A stretch of 64,000 nucleotides of DNA from an uncultured Oscillospiraceae bacterium (GTDB lineage: Bacteria; Bacillota; Clostridia; Christensenellales; Aristaeellaceae): positions 294 through 64,293 of the forward strand of contig CAZDEF010000001.1 in assembly GCA_964504385.1 (NCBI GenBank), in the 5' to 3' direction. The translations under genes and the position numbers were made by a program. Shown here one piece after another: positions 46,399 through 56,679 of this stretch (positions are counted from its first letter, which is position 1; each line of letters opens with the position of its first letter). Under the pieces are notes generated by a model that ran no database searches, had not been told where the DNA came from, and saw only the letters and a program-made list of their open reading frames with translations.

Positions 46399-49300
46399 AT
46401 GACCAAAGTAAAACTCAAGGATGCCACCAGGGATTTGCTCAAGGGCGCGGCGGATACGCTGAGCAGTGTTTCATCCATGCGCAAAAGCGCGGACGAACTG
46501 ACTCAGGCCGCCCGTAAGCTGGAAGCCAAATTCCTCCGTGAAGAGGAACAACGCAAGGCGGAAGAAAAGCAGGCCGAACAGCAGCGCCTGCTGAGCCAGC
46601 ACGCCAAAGCATACACCATGCCCGACACGGATGAGACCGTGCAGGCGCCCAAGGTGGAGACCAAAGAGGAAAGCAAGCCGGTTGCCCCCAAGGCGGAAGC
46701 TGCCAAGCCCGCTCCTGTGGAAGAAAAGAAACCGGAACCCGTAAAGGCGGTGGAGACCCCCGTGAAGAAGACAGAAGAAGCCAAGCCCGTGGTGAAGGAA
46801 GCTGCCAAGCCTGTGGAGAAAGCCCCCGTGCAGCAGCCCAAGGAAAACAAACCCGTCGTAAAGGAAGCGGCCAAGGAACCCGCAGCCGAAGCGCCCAAGC
46901 CCGCAGCGGCCCCCGCGCCCGCTTCCGCCGAGGCCGCCAAGCCTGCGGCTCGTCCTGCGCAGCCGGTTCAGGCTGCGCCGCAGCAGCGCCCCGCCGCTCA
47001 GCCCGCGCAGGCTCGTCCCGCGCAACAGGGCCAGCAGCGTCCCGCTGCTCAGGCCGCCCGCCCTGCACAGCAGGGCCAGCAGGCTGCCCGCCCCGTTCAG
47101 GGAACGCAGGCCGCCCGTCCCGCTGCCGCGCAGCAGGGTGCGCGTCCCGCCGCCAACCCGCAGGGTCCCTACGGCCGCCCCGCCAATCCGCAGGGCCCGT
47201 ACGGCCGTCCTGCCAATCCGCAGGGCCCCTATGGCCGCCCCGCCAATCCCCAGCAGGGTCAGTATGGCCGTCCTGCCAATCCGCAGGGCCCCTATGGCCG
47301 CCCCGCTAATCCCCAGCAGGGCCCGTACGGCCGTCCTGCCAACCCGCAGGGCCCCTATGGCCGTCCCGCCAATCCCCAGCAGGGCCAGTATGGCCGTCCT
47401 GCCAATCCGCAGGGCCCCTATGGCCGTCCCGCCAACCCCCAGCAGGGTCAGTATGGCCGTCCTGCCGGCGGCGCGGGCGCTCCCCGTCCTGCGGGCGGCG
47501 GCTTTGGCAATCGTCCCGCCGGCGGCGCTGGTCGTCCCCAGATGGGCGCACGCAAGCCTGCGCTGGACATGGCGCCCGCTGTGGAGAAAGAGCGCGTCAG
47601 CAACTACGATCCCAACAAGAAGAATTACGTCCGTCAGCACGACCCGGAGCGTGTGGCCAAGAACCGCAAGCAGCTGGCCCGCGAAAGCGGCTTCAGCGGC
47701 TACGATGACGATGTGATCCGCGGCGGCCGCCGTGCGCGCGCTACCAAGAAGCCCAGCGCACAGCAGATGATGGCCCCCATCAAGATCGAAAAGGCCTACA
47801 TGACCGCCGAGACCATCACCGTCAAGGATCTGACCGAGCGCATCGGCAAGCCCGCTGGCGAGATCCTCAAGAAGCTGCTGATGCTGGGCATCATGTCCAA
47901 CATCAACAGCGAGCTGGACTTTGACACTGCCAGCCTCGTGTGCGCCGACTTCGGCGTGGAGCTGGAAATGAAGCTGGACAAAACCGCCGAGGATGAACTG
48001 GTCGAGGCCGATTACGAGGACGCCGAAGAGGATCTGCTCCCCCGTCCTCCGGTCATCACCATCATGGGTCACGTCGACCACGGCAAGACCTCCCTGCTGG
48101 ACTACATCCGCAATGCGCATGTGACCGCGGGCGAAGCCGGCGGCATCACCCAGCATATCGGCGCTTATACCGTCAATCTGCATGACCGTCTGATCACCTT
48201 CCTGGATACCCCCGGCCACGAGGCCTTCACCGCCATGCGTGCCCGCGGCGCGCAGGCCACCGACATCGCCGTGCTGGTGGTGGCGGCGGACGACGGTGTG
48301 ATGCCCCAGACCGTGGAAGCCATCAACCATGCCAAGGCGGCTGAGGTGCCCGTCATCGTTGCCATCAACAAGATGGATAAGCCCACCGCCAACCCCGACC
48401 GCGTGAAGCAGGATCTGACCGCGCACAACCTTGTGCCCGAAGAGTGGGGCGGCGACACCATCTGCGTGCCCGTCAGCGCCCACACCGGCGAAGGCGTGGA
48501 CGACCTACTGGAGATGATCCTGCTGCAGGCCGACATGCTGCAGCTGCGCGCCAATCCCAACCGCATGGCCAAGGGCATCATCATCGAGGCCAAGCTGGAC
48601 AAGGCGCGCGGCCCCGTTGCCACCGTGCTGCTGCAGAACGGCACCCTGCATGTGGGCGACGCCATCGTCGCCGGCATGGCCTCCGGCCGCGTGCGCGCCC
48701 TGATGAATGACCGCGGCGAGCGCGTGAAGGAAGCCGGCCCCGCCATGCCTGTGGAGATCGCCGGTTTCGGCGATGTGCCCAGCGCGGGCGACGACATGAT
48801 GGCCGTGGAAGACGAGCATCTGGCCCGTCAGGTGGTGGAAGAACGCCGCGAAAAGCAGAAGGCTGCGCGCGTGGCCGCCTCCACCAAGGTATCGCTGGAC
48901 AATCTGTTCAGCCGCATGGACGCCGCCAAGCAGACCACGCTGAACATCGTCATCAAGGCCGACGTGCAGGGCAGCGTGGAAGCCGTGAAGCAGGCGCTGG
49001 AGAAGCTGAGCAATGACGAAGTCAAGGTGCGCGTGCTGCATGCCGCTGCCGGTGCGATCAACGAGGGCGATATCACCATGGCTTCCGCGTTCGACTGCAT
49101 CATCATCGGCTTCAACATCCGTCCCGACAACAACATTCGCGACATCGCCGAGCGCGAGGGCGTGGATATCCGCCTCTACCGCGTCATCTATCAGGCCATC
49201 GAGGATGTGCAGAAGGCCATGAAGGGTCTGCTGGATCCGGAGTACAAGGAAGTCATGCTGGGCACCGCCGAGGTGCGCAACACCTTCCGCATCACCGGCG

Positions 49301-49539
49301 CAGGCACCGTTGCCGGCTGCTACATCAAGAGCGGCAAGGTGCAGCGCAACGCGCAGGTGCGTCTGGTGCGCGACAGCGTTGTGGTGTACGAAGGCAAGCT
49401 GTCCAGTCTCAAGCGCTTCAAGGATGACGCCAAGGAAGTGGCCGAAGGCTACGAGTGTGGCATCAGCTTCGACAACTACAACGACATCAAGGAAGGCGAC
49501 CTGATCGAGTGCTTCATCATGGAAGAGATCGAGCGCTAA
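46399..49539 (+). CDS. infB: Translation initiation factor IF-2 with a very long low-complexity N-terminus
   Basis: G-domain [24 protein letters not shown]. 1046 aa. Confidence 0.97.
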   Translation: MTKVKLKDATRDLLKGAADTLSSVSSMRKSADELTQAARKLEAKFLREEEQRKAEEKQAEQQRLLSQHAKAYTMPDTDETVQAPKVETKEESKPVAPKAEAAKPAPVEEKKPEPVKAVETPVKKTEEAKPVVKEAAKPVEKAPVQQPKENKPVVKEAAKEPAAEAPKPAAAPAPASAEAAKPAARPAQPVQAAPQQRPAAQPAQARPAQQGQQRPAAQAARPAQQGQQAARPVQGTQAARPAAAQQGARPAANPQGPYGRPANPQGPYGRPANPQGPYGRPANPQQGQYGRPANPQGPYGRPANPQQGPYGRPANPQGPYGRPANPQQGQYGRPANPQGPYGRPANPQQGQYGRPAGGAGAPRPAGGGFGNRPAGGAGRPQMGARKPALDMAPAVEKERVSNYDPNKKNYVRQHDPERVAKNRKQLARESGFSGYDDDVIRGGRRARATKKPSAQQMMAPIKIEKAYMTAETITVKDLTERIGKPAGEILKKLLMLGIMSNINSELDFDTASLVCADFGVELEMKLDKTAEDELVEADYEDAEEDLLPRPPVITIMGHVDHGKTSLLDYIRNAHVTAGEAGGITQHIGAYTVNLHDRLITFLDTPGHEAFTAMRARGAQATDIAVLVVAADDGVMPQTVEAINHAKAAEVPVIVAINKMDKPTANPDRVKQDLTAHNLVPEEWGGDTICVPVSAHTGEGVDDLLEMILLQADMLQLRANPNRMAKGIIIEAKLDKARGPVATVLLQNGTLHVGDAIVAGMASGRVRALMNDRGERVKEAGPAMPVEIAGFGDVPSAGDDMMAVEDEHLARQVVEERREKQKAARVAASTKVSLDNLFSRMDAAKQTTLNIVIKADVQGSVEAVKQALEKLSNDEVKVRVLHAAAGAINEGDITMASAFDCIIIGFNIRPDNNIRDIAEREGVDIRLYRVIYQAIEDVQKAMKGLLDPEYKEVMLGTAEVRNTFRITGAGTVAGCYIKSGKVQRNAQVRLVRDSVVVYEGKLSSLKRFKDDAKEVAEGYECGISFDNYNDIKEGDLIECFIMEEIER
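47152..47463 (+). repeat. In-frame tandem repeat inside infB (10 units of 30 or 33 nt)
   Basis: Encodes [10 protein letters not shown] or ANPQQG(Q/P)YGRP ten times in a row. Confidence 0.9.
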
Positions 49540-49665
49540 GGAATCTTTCCTTTGGCAAAGCCTTTCTTCTGCCACCCGCATGATGTTTCCATTTTCCCCA
49601 CTTTAGGCCCATACAGCGATGGGGGATCCTACCGTCCCCCATCGTCCCCATAAAAGGAGAACGCA

Positions 49666-50046
49666 TTGAGCTATCAGCGTATTGACCGCATCAGCGAGCA
49701 GGTGCGCCGCGAGGTGGATACCATCATCCGCGAGCGTGTGAGCGATCCCCGCGTGAAGGGCACGTTCAGCGTGACCCGTGCCGAGGTGACGCGCGACCTG
49801 CGCTATGCCAAGGTATATGTCAGCATTCTGGAAGAGGAGAACCGCGCGCCCATGATGGCCGCCCTGAAGAAGGCAGCGGGCTTCGTGCGCCACGAGCTGC
49901 GCGAAAGCATGATCATCCGCTACGCGCCGGAGATCCTCTTCGAGCTGGACAACAACATCGAATACGGCATCCATATTGCATCTGTGCTCAAGCAGGTGCA
50001 CACGGAGGACGAAACAAACAATGAACATGACAACGATCAAGAGTGA
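49666..50046 (+). CDS. rbfA: Ribosome-binding factor A
   Basis: RIDRISEQVRREVDTIIRERVSDPRV...VTRAEVTRDLRYAKVYVS. TTG start after AAAGGAGA. Confidence 0.9.
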   Translation: MSYQRIDRISEQVRREVDTIIRERVSDPRVKGTFSVTRAEVTRDLRYAKVYVSILEEENRAPMMAALKKAAGFVRHELRESMIIRYAPEILFELDNNIEYGIHIASVLKQVHTEDETNNEHDNDQE

Positions 50047-51007
50047 CCGTTATCAGCAGGACGAGGTGCTGTCCGCCGTGCTTTCGGCGGGCAGCGTCTT
50101 GCTGTTTTGCCACCTGTCGCCGGACGGCGACACGCTGGGCAGCGCGCTGGCGCTGAAGCTGCGGCTGGAACGGCTGGGCAGGCGCGCGCAGGTGATGGTG
50201 GACGGCTGTGTGCCATCGTATCTGGCCTTTCTGCCCGGTGCGGATACGGTGCTCGCCCCGGACAGCGCTATAGCGCCCTTTGAGCTGACGGTGGCGGTGG
50301 ATGTGGCCAGCGCCGACCGGTTGGGCCGGTGTGAGCCTTTCTTTGCCGCTGCGACCCAAACCGCGCTGGTGGATCACCACGGCACAAACCCCGGCTATGC
50401 GCACATCAACATGATCGACGCGGAGGCGCCGGCAACTGCCATTCTGGTGTACCGGCTGTTTGCGCAGATGCAGCAGCCCCTGAACCAGCAGGAAGCCATC
50501 TGCCTGTATACGGCCCTTTCCACCGACACGGGCAATTTCATTTACGACAATACCAACGCCGAGAGCTTTTCCATGATGAGCGGACTGATGGAAGCCGGGC
50601 TTCCGCTGGCGCGCTACAGTCGACTGCTGTTCCGTCAGAAGGAAGAAAAGCATGTGCGCCTGCTGGCGGAAGCGCTGCCTACGCTGCGCGTGACCGGCGG
50701 CGGCAAGATCGCCGGGCTTTGCCTCACCATGGCGCAAATGGAGAAGGTAGGGGCGGACGGCGGCCACACCGAAGGTATCGTGAACTATGCCATTGATCTG
50801 GAAGGCGTGGGGATGGCCTACTTCCTGCGCGAGATCGGCGGCGGCCGGGTGAAGGCCAGCCTGCGTGCGCTGGATCCGTATGCCGTGGACAGCATTGCCG
50901 CGCAGTTCGGAGGCGGCGGCCACCGGCTGGCTGCAGGCGTTACGCTGGAAATGCCTCTGGAGGAGGCCATGCGTACCATAGAAAAAGCGATGGAGGCGGC
51001 CCTATGA
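50021..51007 (+). CDS. nrnA: DHH-family phosphoesterase (NrnA-like oligoribonuclease/pAp phosphatase)
   Basis: HLSPDGDTLGSALAL (DHH motif I-II), VDHHGTN, and DHHA1 GGGHRLAAG. Confidence 0.85.
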   Translation: MNMTTIKSDRYQQDEVLSAVLSAGSVLLFCHLSPDGDTLGSALALKLRLERLGRRAQVMVDGCVPSYLAFLPGADTVLAPDSAIAPFELTVAVDVASADRLGRCEPFFAAATQTALVDHHGTNPGYAHINMIDAEAPATAILVYRLFAQMQQPLNQQEAICLYTALSTDTGNFIYDNTNAESFSMMSGLMEAGLPLARYSRLLFRQKEEKHVRLLAEALPTLRVTGGGKIAGLCLTMAQMEKVGADGGHTEGIVNYAIDLEGVGMAYFLREIGGGRVKASLRALDPYAVDSIAAQFGGGGHRLAAGVTLEMPLEEAMRTIEKAMEAAL

Positions 51008-51921
51008 CAGAACTGGACAAGTCGCTTTGCGGCTTTCTGAACGTGCTGAAGCCGCCGGGCATGACGTCCGCCCATGTGGTGGGCGCGGTGCGGCGCATGC
51101 TGGGCAAGGCCAAGGTGGGCCATGCTGGCACGCTGGATCCCGAGGCAGCGGGCGTGCTTCCGCTGATGGTAGGCAAAGCCGCCCGATTGTTCGACTACAT
51201 GCAGGACAAAGAAAAGGCTTACGTCACCGAAGCCGCCTTCGGCGTATCCACCGACACACAGGATGCGCAGGGCGCGGTGCTGCAAACGGGTACGCTTTAC
51301 CCTGATGAAGCGGCCATCCGCGCGGCGCTGCGCGATATGACCGGCCCGATGATGCAAACGCCGCCCATGTTCAGCGCCATCAAGCAGGACGGCAAACGCC
51401 TGTACGAGCTGGCACGGAGCGGCCAACAGGCGGACGTTCCCGCCCGCGAAGTCATGGCGCATGAGCTGACGCTGCAGTCCCTGATGCCCGATCACGGTGC
51501 GCTGATCTCCGTGCGCTGCTCCAAGGGGTTTTATGTGCGCACGCTGTGCAAGGATCTGGGCGACCGGCTGGGCTGCCCGGCGCATATGCGCTTTTTGCTG
51601 CGCACGCAGAGCGGGCCGTTCACGCTGGCCACGGCGCACACGCTGGAAGCGCTTGCCGCCGCCGCGCAGGCCGGAACGCTGGCCGATCTGCTGCTGCCCC
51701 CGGAAGCGGCGCTGGGTCATCTGCCCATGACGGATGTGCCGCGCGGGCTGGAAAAGCCGGTCATAAATGGCGGCCGCCTGCCGTGGAAGCGTTTTGGCGC
51801 GGTGCATAACACCGCAGTTGCGGACGGCACGCCCTTTGGGCTGCGCATGAACGGCGCGCTGTGCGCCATCGCACAGAGGCATGAGGATCAGGTCAAGATC
51901 CGCACATGGCTCGGCGATTAA
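51004..51921 (+). CDS. truB: tRNA pseudouridine(55) synthase
   Basis: KPPGMTSAHVV and GHAGTLDPEAAGVLPL catalytic Asp motif. Confidence 0.93.
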   Translation: MTELDKSLCGFLNVLKPPGMTSAHVVGAVRRMLGKAKVGHAGTLDPEAAGVLPLMVGKAARLFDYMQDKEKAYVTEAAFGVSTDTQDAQGAVLQTGTLYPDEAAIRAALRDMTGPMMQTPPMFSAIKQDGKRLYELARSGQQADVPAREVMAHELTLQSLMPDHGALISVRCSKGFYVRTLCKDLGDRLGCPAHMRFLLRTQSGPFTLATAHTLEALAAAAQAGTLADLLLPPEAALGHLPMTDVPRGLEKPVINGGRLPWKRFGAVHNTAVADGTPFGLRMNGALCAIAQRHEDQVKIRTWLGD

Positions 51922-51945
51922 AGAAAAAGATACAGGAGGATTCCC

Positions 51946-52743
51946 ATGCAGATCATCCTCGATGAGAAATACCGCTGCGAGCTCAGCGTAGTGGCGCTGG
52001 GCATGTTCGACGGCGTGCATCTGGGGCACCGGGTGCTGCTGGAGCGCGGCGCGGCGCTGGCGCGCCAGCGCAAGGCGCCGCTGGTGGTATGCACCTTTCA
52101 GACGCATCCGCTGGCCGTCATCGCGCCCGATCACTGTCCCCCCAGCCTGACCACCTTTGCCGAGCGCTGCGCGCTGATGGAGGCGCTGGGCGTGGATGTG
52201 CTGTGCGCCATGCCCTTCACCCCTGAAACCATGAACATGCTGCCGGAGGAATATGTGGGGCAGCTGGTGCGCCGCTTCCACCCCACCGACGTGGTGTGCG
52301 GCTACAACCACACCTTCGGCCGCAAGGGGCAGGGCACGCCTGCGCTGCTGAATGCGCTGGGCGCGGCGCTGGGCTTTACCACGTCCATTGTGCCCAAGAT
52401 CACGCTGGAGCACGCGGACGTGAGCTCCACCGTCATCCGCGGGCTGCTGCGCAAGGGCGATGTGGACGATGCGCGCGCCATGCTCAAACGCCCCTACAAG
52501 CTCACCGCCATGGTGGAAGGGCAGGATGGCGAAGGCCGCTGCGCGCTGCGCCTGACGGACGAAGGAAAGCAGCGCGTGGCTTCCGGCAGCTATCGCGCGG
52601 TGCTGCAGCAGGGCGAGCACCGCTGGCCCATCCAGCTACACACCAGCGAAGGCGACCACATGCTGTGTCATCTGCCCTGCGAACTGCAGGTGGGCGAACC
52701 GGTAGCGCTGTTTTTCTGGACGAATCTGTCCATCGACTTCTAA
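51946..52743 (+). CDS. ribF: FAD synthetase (RibF-like) with short, degenerate C-terminal riboflavin-kinase region
   Basis: N-terminal ALGMFDGVHLGHRVLL nucleotidyltransferase motif. Only 265 aa, and I see no PTAN-like motif in the C-terminal ~80 aa. Confidence 0.78.
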   Translation: MQIILDEKYRCELSVVALGMFDGVHLGHRVLLERGAALARQRKAPLVVCTFQTHPLAVIAPDHCPPSLTTFAERCALMEALGVDVLCAMPFTPETMNMLPEEYVGQLVRRFHPTDVVCGYNHTFGRKGQGTPALLNALGAALGFTTSIVPKITLEHADVSSTVIRGLLRKGDVDDARAMLKRPYKLTAMVEGQDGEGRCALRLTDEGKQRVASGSYRAVLQQGEHRWPIQLHTSEGDHMLCHLPCELQVGEPVALFFWTNLSIDF

Positions 52744-52755
52744 GGAGGCGGGCAC

Positions 52756-54219
52756 ATGCTCCATTCCAAACGCTACTGGCAGGAGGCGCTGTACTGGCTG
52801 CTGCTGCTCCTGCTGCTGACAGCCGGCGGCTTTCTGCTGCTGACCCATTTGGGAGAGGCCGGCATCAGCGACTGCGATGAGGCGCGCCACGGCGCAAACG
52901 CCTATGAAATGCTGCAAAGCGGCGACTACGTCGTGAGCACCTATCGTGGCGAAACCGACTACTGGAACCTGAAGCCCCCGCTGTCCATGTACAGCATCAT
53001 ACTGGGCTTCAAAACCTTCGGCTTCAACGCCTTCGGCATGCGGATCTACAGCGCGGTGAGCATGTGGCTGACCATGCTGGCCGTATCGCTGTGGATGAAG
53101 CGCCGCTACGGCAGCGTGGCCAGCCTTGCAGCGCAGGTCTTTCTGCTGGCCTGCAGCATTTTCTACGGCGAGCACTTCGCGCGCTTCGGCGACGCTGACG
53201 CCCAGCTGCTGCTGTTTTACACTGTGGGTCTGCTGTGCATGCTCAACAGCGCAAAGAATGTGCGCTGGCTGTACGGCAGCGCGCTGTGCTTTGGGCTGGC
53301 CTTCATGAGCAAAAGCTGGCATGCGGCGCTCATTCCCGTCACCTGCTTCGTGTTCGTCTGCCTGATGGGGCAGATCCGCCAGCTGCGGGTGAAGCACTAT
53401 CTGCTGCTGATCTTCTTCGGCCTGCTGCCCATTGCGCCGTGGGCCGTCGCCCGCTATCTGCGCGACGGCATGGCTTTTTTCGGCCCGATGGTGGGCAAGG
53501 ACATCGTCGCCCGTGCCACCACCGTGCACGAGACCCACTACGGCGATGGGCTGTATTATGTGCGCTATCTGCTGAGTGATCCGGCCTGCGTGCTGGCCAT
53601 CGCGCTCTGCGACGTTGCGCTGGCCGCGCGCGTGCTCCGCCGCGAAAAGCCCAGCACCCATCAGCTGGGCGTGCTGCTGTGGGTGCTGGTGCCGCTAGTG
53701 CTGTACAGTTTGTGCGTGAGCAAGCTGAAGTGGTATATTTTTGTGGCTCTGCCCGCGCTGGCCATCGGCTTTGGCCTATGCTGCCGCGAAATGGCTCAAG
53801 CCCGCCAGCTGCCCCTGCGTGTGCTCAGTCTGGCCCTGTGCTTCGGGCTGATGGGCTGGTGGGGGCTGGGCAACTGGCAGCAAGTGGCCGCTACGGAAAA
53901 TCAGGATACCTATCAGCGCCTGATCATGGAAAACTTCGACCGCGACTTTGACGAAGGCACCCCCGTCTACATCCAATACGAATCCATCAACAGCTACACC
54001 TCCAAGGTGGACTACTGCGCGTGGGTGCAGGATGATCTGCTCTGTGCCGTGCTCTATGGCGGGCTGGACTGCCGAGACGGCGGCATCGAGGCATTTCTGC
54101 AGGAAGAGAAGCATGCGTACCTGATCGCCCATGAAGTGGGCATGGACTGGGACATTCTGGGCGAATACCCCATTGTGGCCGAGGATGGGTTGCTGATGCT
54201 GATCGAAAACCTGAACTGA
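52756..54219 (+). CDS. GT39/GT83-like (ArnT/PMT_2) membrane glycosyltransferase
   Basis: N-terminal DEARHGANAYEM (DE motif after TM1) and about 11 hydrophobic segments. Confidence 0.78.
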   Translation: MLHSKRYWQEALYWLLLLLLLTAGGFLLLTHLGEAGISDCDEARHGANAYEMLQSGDYVVSTYRGETDYWNLKPPLSMYSIILGFKTFGFNAFGMRIYSAVSMWLTMLAVSLWMKRRYGSVASLAAQVFLLACSIFYGEHFARFGDADAQLLLFYTVGLLCMLNSAKNVRWLYGSALCFGLAFMSKSWHAALIPVTCFVFVCLMGQIRQLRVKHYLLLIFFGLLPIAPWAVARYLRDGMAFFGPMVGKDIVARATTVHETHYGDGLYYVRYLLSDPACVLAIALCDVALAARVLRREKPSTHQLGVLLWVLVPLVLYSLCVSKLKWYIFVALPALAIGFGLCCREMAQARQLPLRVLSLALCFGLMGWWGLGNWQQVAATENQDTYQRLIMENFDRDFDEGTPVYIQYESINSYTSKVDYCAWVQDDLLCAVLYGGLDCRDGGIEAFLQEEKHAYLIAHEVGMDWDILGEYPIVAEDGLLMLIENLN

Positions 54220-54222
54220 ACG

Positions 54223-54251
54223 TTGCATGCCTCCCCGCGCCGTGCTATAAT
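54223..54251 (+). promoter_or_regulatory. Promoter of the glycerophosphodiesterase gene
   Basis: TTGCAT (54223-54228), a 17-nt spacer, then TGcTATAAT (TATAAT at 54246-54251). Confidence 0.5.
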
Positions 54252-54308
54252 AAAGCCAGCATAGAATCGCCCCGAGCGGGCCAGAAAAGAACACGGAGGA
54301 CAAACGCC

Positions 54309-55034
54309 ATGATGAACGATACGATCCGTCTCAATGCTTCCAACGTGCGTATGATCGCGCACCGCGGGCTGAGCGGCATTGAGCTGGAAAACACCAATTC
54401 CGCCTTCGTCGCCGCGGGCAACCGCAGCTACTTCGGCATCGAAACCGACGTACACATTACGGCCGACGGCCAGTTCGTCATCATCCATGATGACAACACC
54501 AAGCGCGTAGCGCAGGATGAAATGATCGTGGAGCAGACCACTTTTGAGACCCTGCGTTCCATCCGTCTGGCGGACAAGGACGGCCAGAAGGGCCGCCGCG
54601 ATCTCATCATGCCCTCGCTGGCCGAGTACATCAGCATCTGCAAAAAGTACAACAAGGATGCCGTACTGGAGCTGAAGAACCACTTCAAGCCGGAACACAT
54701 CTATCAGATCGTGGAGATCATCCGCGAGATTGGCTGGCTGGAGCGCACCATCTTCATTTCCTTCGATCTGCCCAACATGATCTGCATCCGTGAGCATCTG
54801 CCCCAGCAGCGCGCGCAGTTCCTCATCTCCGAGCAGACCGACTGGCTGGTGGACACCCTGAAAAAGCACGCGCTGGATCTGGACATCAAGCACACGGCTG
54901 TGACCGCCGAGCTGGTCAGCACCCTGCACGAGGCCGGACGCGAAGTGAACGTGTGGACGGTGGATACCTTGGAGGACGCGCAGCGCGTGATCGAATGCGG
55001 CGTGGACTACATCACCAGCAATATTCTGGAATGA
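54309..55034 (+). CDS. Glycerophosphodiester phosphodiesterase
   Basis: IAHRGLSGIELENT and FGIETDVHITADGQFVIIHD are GDPD motifs. Confidence 0.88.
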   Translation: MMNDTIRLNASNVRMIAHRGLSGIELENTNSAFVAAGNRSYFGIETDVHITADGQFVIIHDDNTKRVAQDEMIVEQTTFETLRSIRLADKDGQKGRRDLIMPSLAEYISICKKYNKDAVLELKNHFKPEHIYQIVEIIREIGWLERTIFISFDLPNMICIREHLPQQRAQFLISEQTDWLVDTLKKHALDLDIKHTAVTAELVSTLHEAGREVNVWTVDTLEDAQRVIECGVDYITSNILE

Positions 55035-55061
55035 GGACAACGTCCCCAATCGCCTATCACG

Positions 55062-55101
55062 AAGCACCCCTGCAGAACGCTCTCGTTCTGCAGGGGTGCT
55101 T
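55062..55101. terminator. Bidirectional terminator (18-bp stem)
   Basis: aagcacccctgcagaacg, loop ctct, cgttctgcaggggtgctt, followed by tggtttctt. Confidence 0.75.
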
Positions 55102-55109
55102 TGGTTTCT

Positions 55110-55958
55110 TCACAGTTTCTGAGGCGAAGTGTCCTCCTTCGCATGTACATAAAACTGGATCTTCGTCACATACTCGTTTTCGTCCCCGGTAGACAGGGAA
55201 TCATTGATGGCAAACTCATAGGAATCCGATATGATCTCCAAACGGTTTTGGCGGCAATAGTTCAGGATGCGTTCATAGGCCCTGCCAATGGACGGATAAT
55301 CACCCGTGTGGTAGGTACACACGCAGCGCCCTTGCGGCAGATGGATAACGCCGCTCGTGCCTTCCGTCTTTTCAATGGGCAAAAACACATGCGAAGCCTC
55401 CGTGTAGCGCCCCTGCAGGATCCGCTCCAGGGGAACGATCGCACCGCTGAGGAAATACACCGGCAGCTTCGATCGAAACGAGCGAACAAAGCACTGCTTG
55501 GTGGCCAGACTGACCGCCTCCAGCGAATAGGGCGGCGCGACCTCCTGCAGCAGCAGATGCTGGGACTGCGCTGCTTCCTCCGTCACCCGTTCGCCGCCGT
55601 TGCGAAGGGAAGCGATCTGCACCAGCTGCTGACGGCGGTGCTCTGCGCGGCTGCGGATCATCTGCAGCTGCGCGATCTGCCGATCCATCACCGCGATCTG
55701 CTTTTCCAACGCCGCAATGGAGGTATCCATGTGATAGTCCTTCATGTGCGCTTTGATCTCCTCCAGCGAAAAGCCGATCCGCTTCATCATGCAAATGGCG
55801 TCCAGCGTGTCCAGCTGGGCAGCGCTGTAGTAGCGGTAGCCGTTGTCCGGGTCCACATAGGCCGGTCGGAACAGCCCCATGCGGTCATACAGGATCAGCG
55901 TCTGGCGGGAGATATTCTGCTGCTTCGCCATTTCGCCGATGGAAAAGTAAGGCTTCAT
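55110..55958 (-). CDS. MerR-family regulator with GyrI-like effector domain
   Basis: FSIGEMAKQQNISRQTLILYDRMGLFRP HTH and a C-terminal GyrI-like region. Start ATG 55958. Confidence 0.88.
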   Translation of the reverse strand: MKPYFSIGEMAKQQNISRQTLILYDRMGLFRPAYVDPDNGYRYYSAAQLDTLDAICMMKRIGFSLEEIKAHMKDYHMDTSIAALEKQIAVMDRQIAQLQMIRSRAEHRRQQLVQIASLRNGGERVTEEAAQSQHLLLQEVAPPYSLEAVSLATKQCFVRSFRSKLPVYFLSGAIVPLERILQGRYTEASHVFLPIEKTEGTSGVIHLPQGRCVCTYHTGDYPSIGRAYERILNYCRQNRLEIISDSYEFAINDSLSTGDENEYVTKIQFYVHAKEDTSPQKL

Positions 55959-55975
55959 GTGCGCGTCCTCCCCCA

Positions 55976-56006
55976 TTGACTGTATAGCAGGTATATAGTT
56001 TATCAT
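55976..56006 (+). promoter_or_regulatory. MerR-type promoter with 19-bp spacer
   Basis: TTGACT (55976-55981), a 19-nt spacer containing the imperfect dyad ACTGTATAG/GTATATAGT, then TATCAT (56001-56006). Confidence 0.5.
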
Positions 56007-56040
56007 ACTTCCTGATCTTTCATCAAGGAGGAACCCTCAT

Positions 56041-56679
56041 TTGAATCTCCATTCTCTCCGGCGCAGGCTCACCGACGGCCTGACACTTTCCAATCTCCTG
56101 TGGATCGCGCTGGGCGCCATGATCTGCACCTTCGGCATCCACAACATTCACCAGCGCACCGGCATCACGGAAGGCGGCGTCATCGGGCTGATGCTGCTGG
56201 TCGAGCATTGGCTGGGCGTTTCGCCCGCGTACATCACTCCGGCGCTGGACGTTGCCTGCTATCTGCTGGCCTGCAAGTTTCTGGGGGCTGCTTTCATCCG
56301 CACCTCCATTCTCTCCACGCTGTGTGTGTCTGCATTCTACAAGCTGTGGGAGCTTTTCCCGCCCATGCTGCCCGACCTTTCGGCGCACCCGCTGGCGGCG
56401 GCGGTGGCGGGTGGCATGTTTGTGGGCGTGGGGGGCGGGCTGATTGTTCGGCAGGGTGGTTCCAGCGGCGGCGATGACGCTCTGGCGCTCACGCTCTCCC
56501 ATGCGTTCCACTGGCGGCTCTCCCGCGCCTATCTCTTTACCGATCTGACGGTGCTGGCGTTGTCGCTCAGCTACATTCCCGCGCGGCGCATCGCCTTCTC
56601 GCTGGTCACCGTCACCCTTTCCTCGCTGCTCATCGACTGGATCAAGGAATACCAGCCGCAAAAGACCGGCCCCGCGTAA
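56041..56679 (+). CDS. YitT-family integral membrane protein
   Basis: 212 aa, polytopic, with GGSSGGDD motif. TTG start 9 nt after GGAGG. Confidence 0.72.
   Translation: MNLHSLRRRLTDGLTLSNLLWIALGAMICTFGIHNIHQRTGITEGGVIGLMLLVEHWLGVSPAYITPALDVACYLLACKFLGAAFIRTSILSTLCVSAFYKLWELFPPMLPDLSAHPLAAAVAGGMFVGVGGGLIVRQGGSSGGDDALALTLSHAFHWRLSRAYLFTDLTVLALSLSYIPARRIAFSLVTVTLSSLLIDWIKEYQPQKTGPA

Noticed and set aside
47152-47463. Regularly spaced 30/33-nt repeats, considered as a possible CRISPR array.
   Set aside because: The units are contiguous with no spacers. They are in frame inside infB and encode a peptide repeat. No cas genes are present.
44248-48483. 590-aa (44248-46020) and 670-aa (46471-48483) minus-strand ORFs.
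   Set aside because: They are antisense to nusA/ylxR and to infB, and only mirror the codon bias of those genes.
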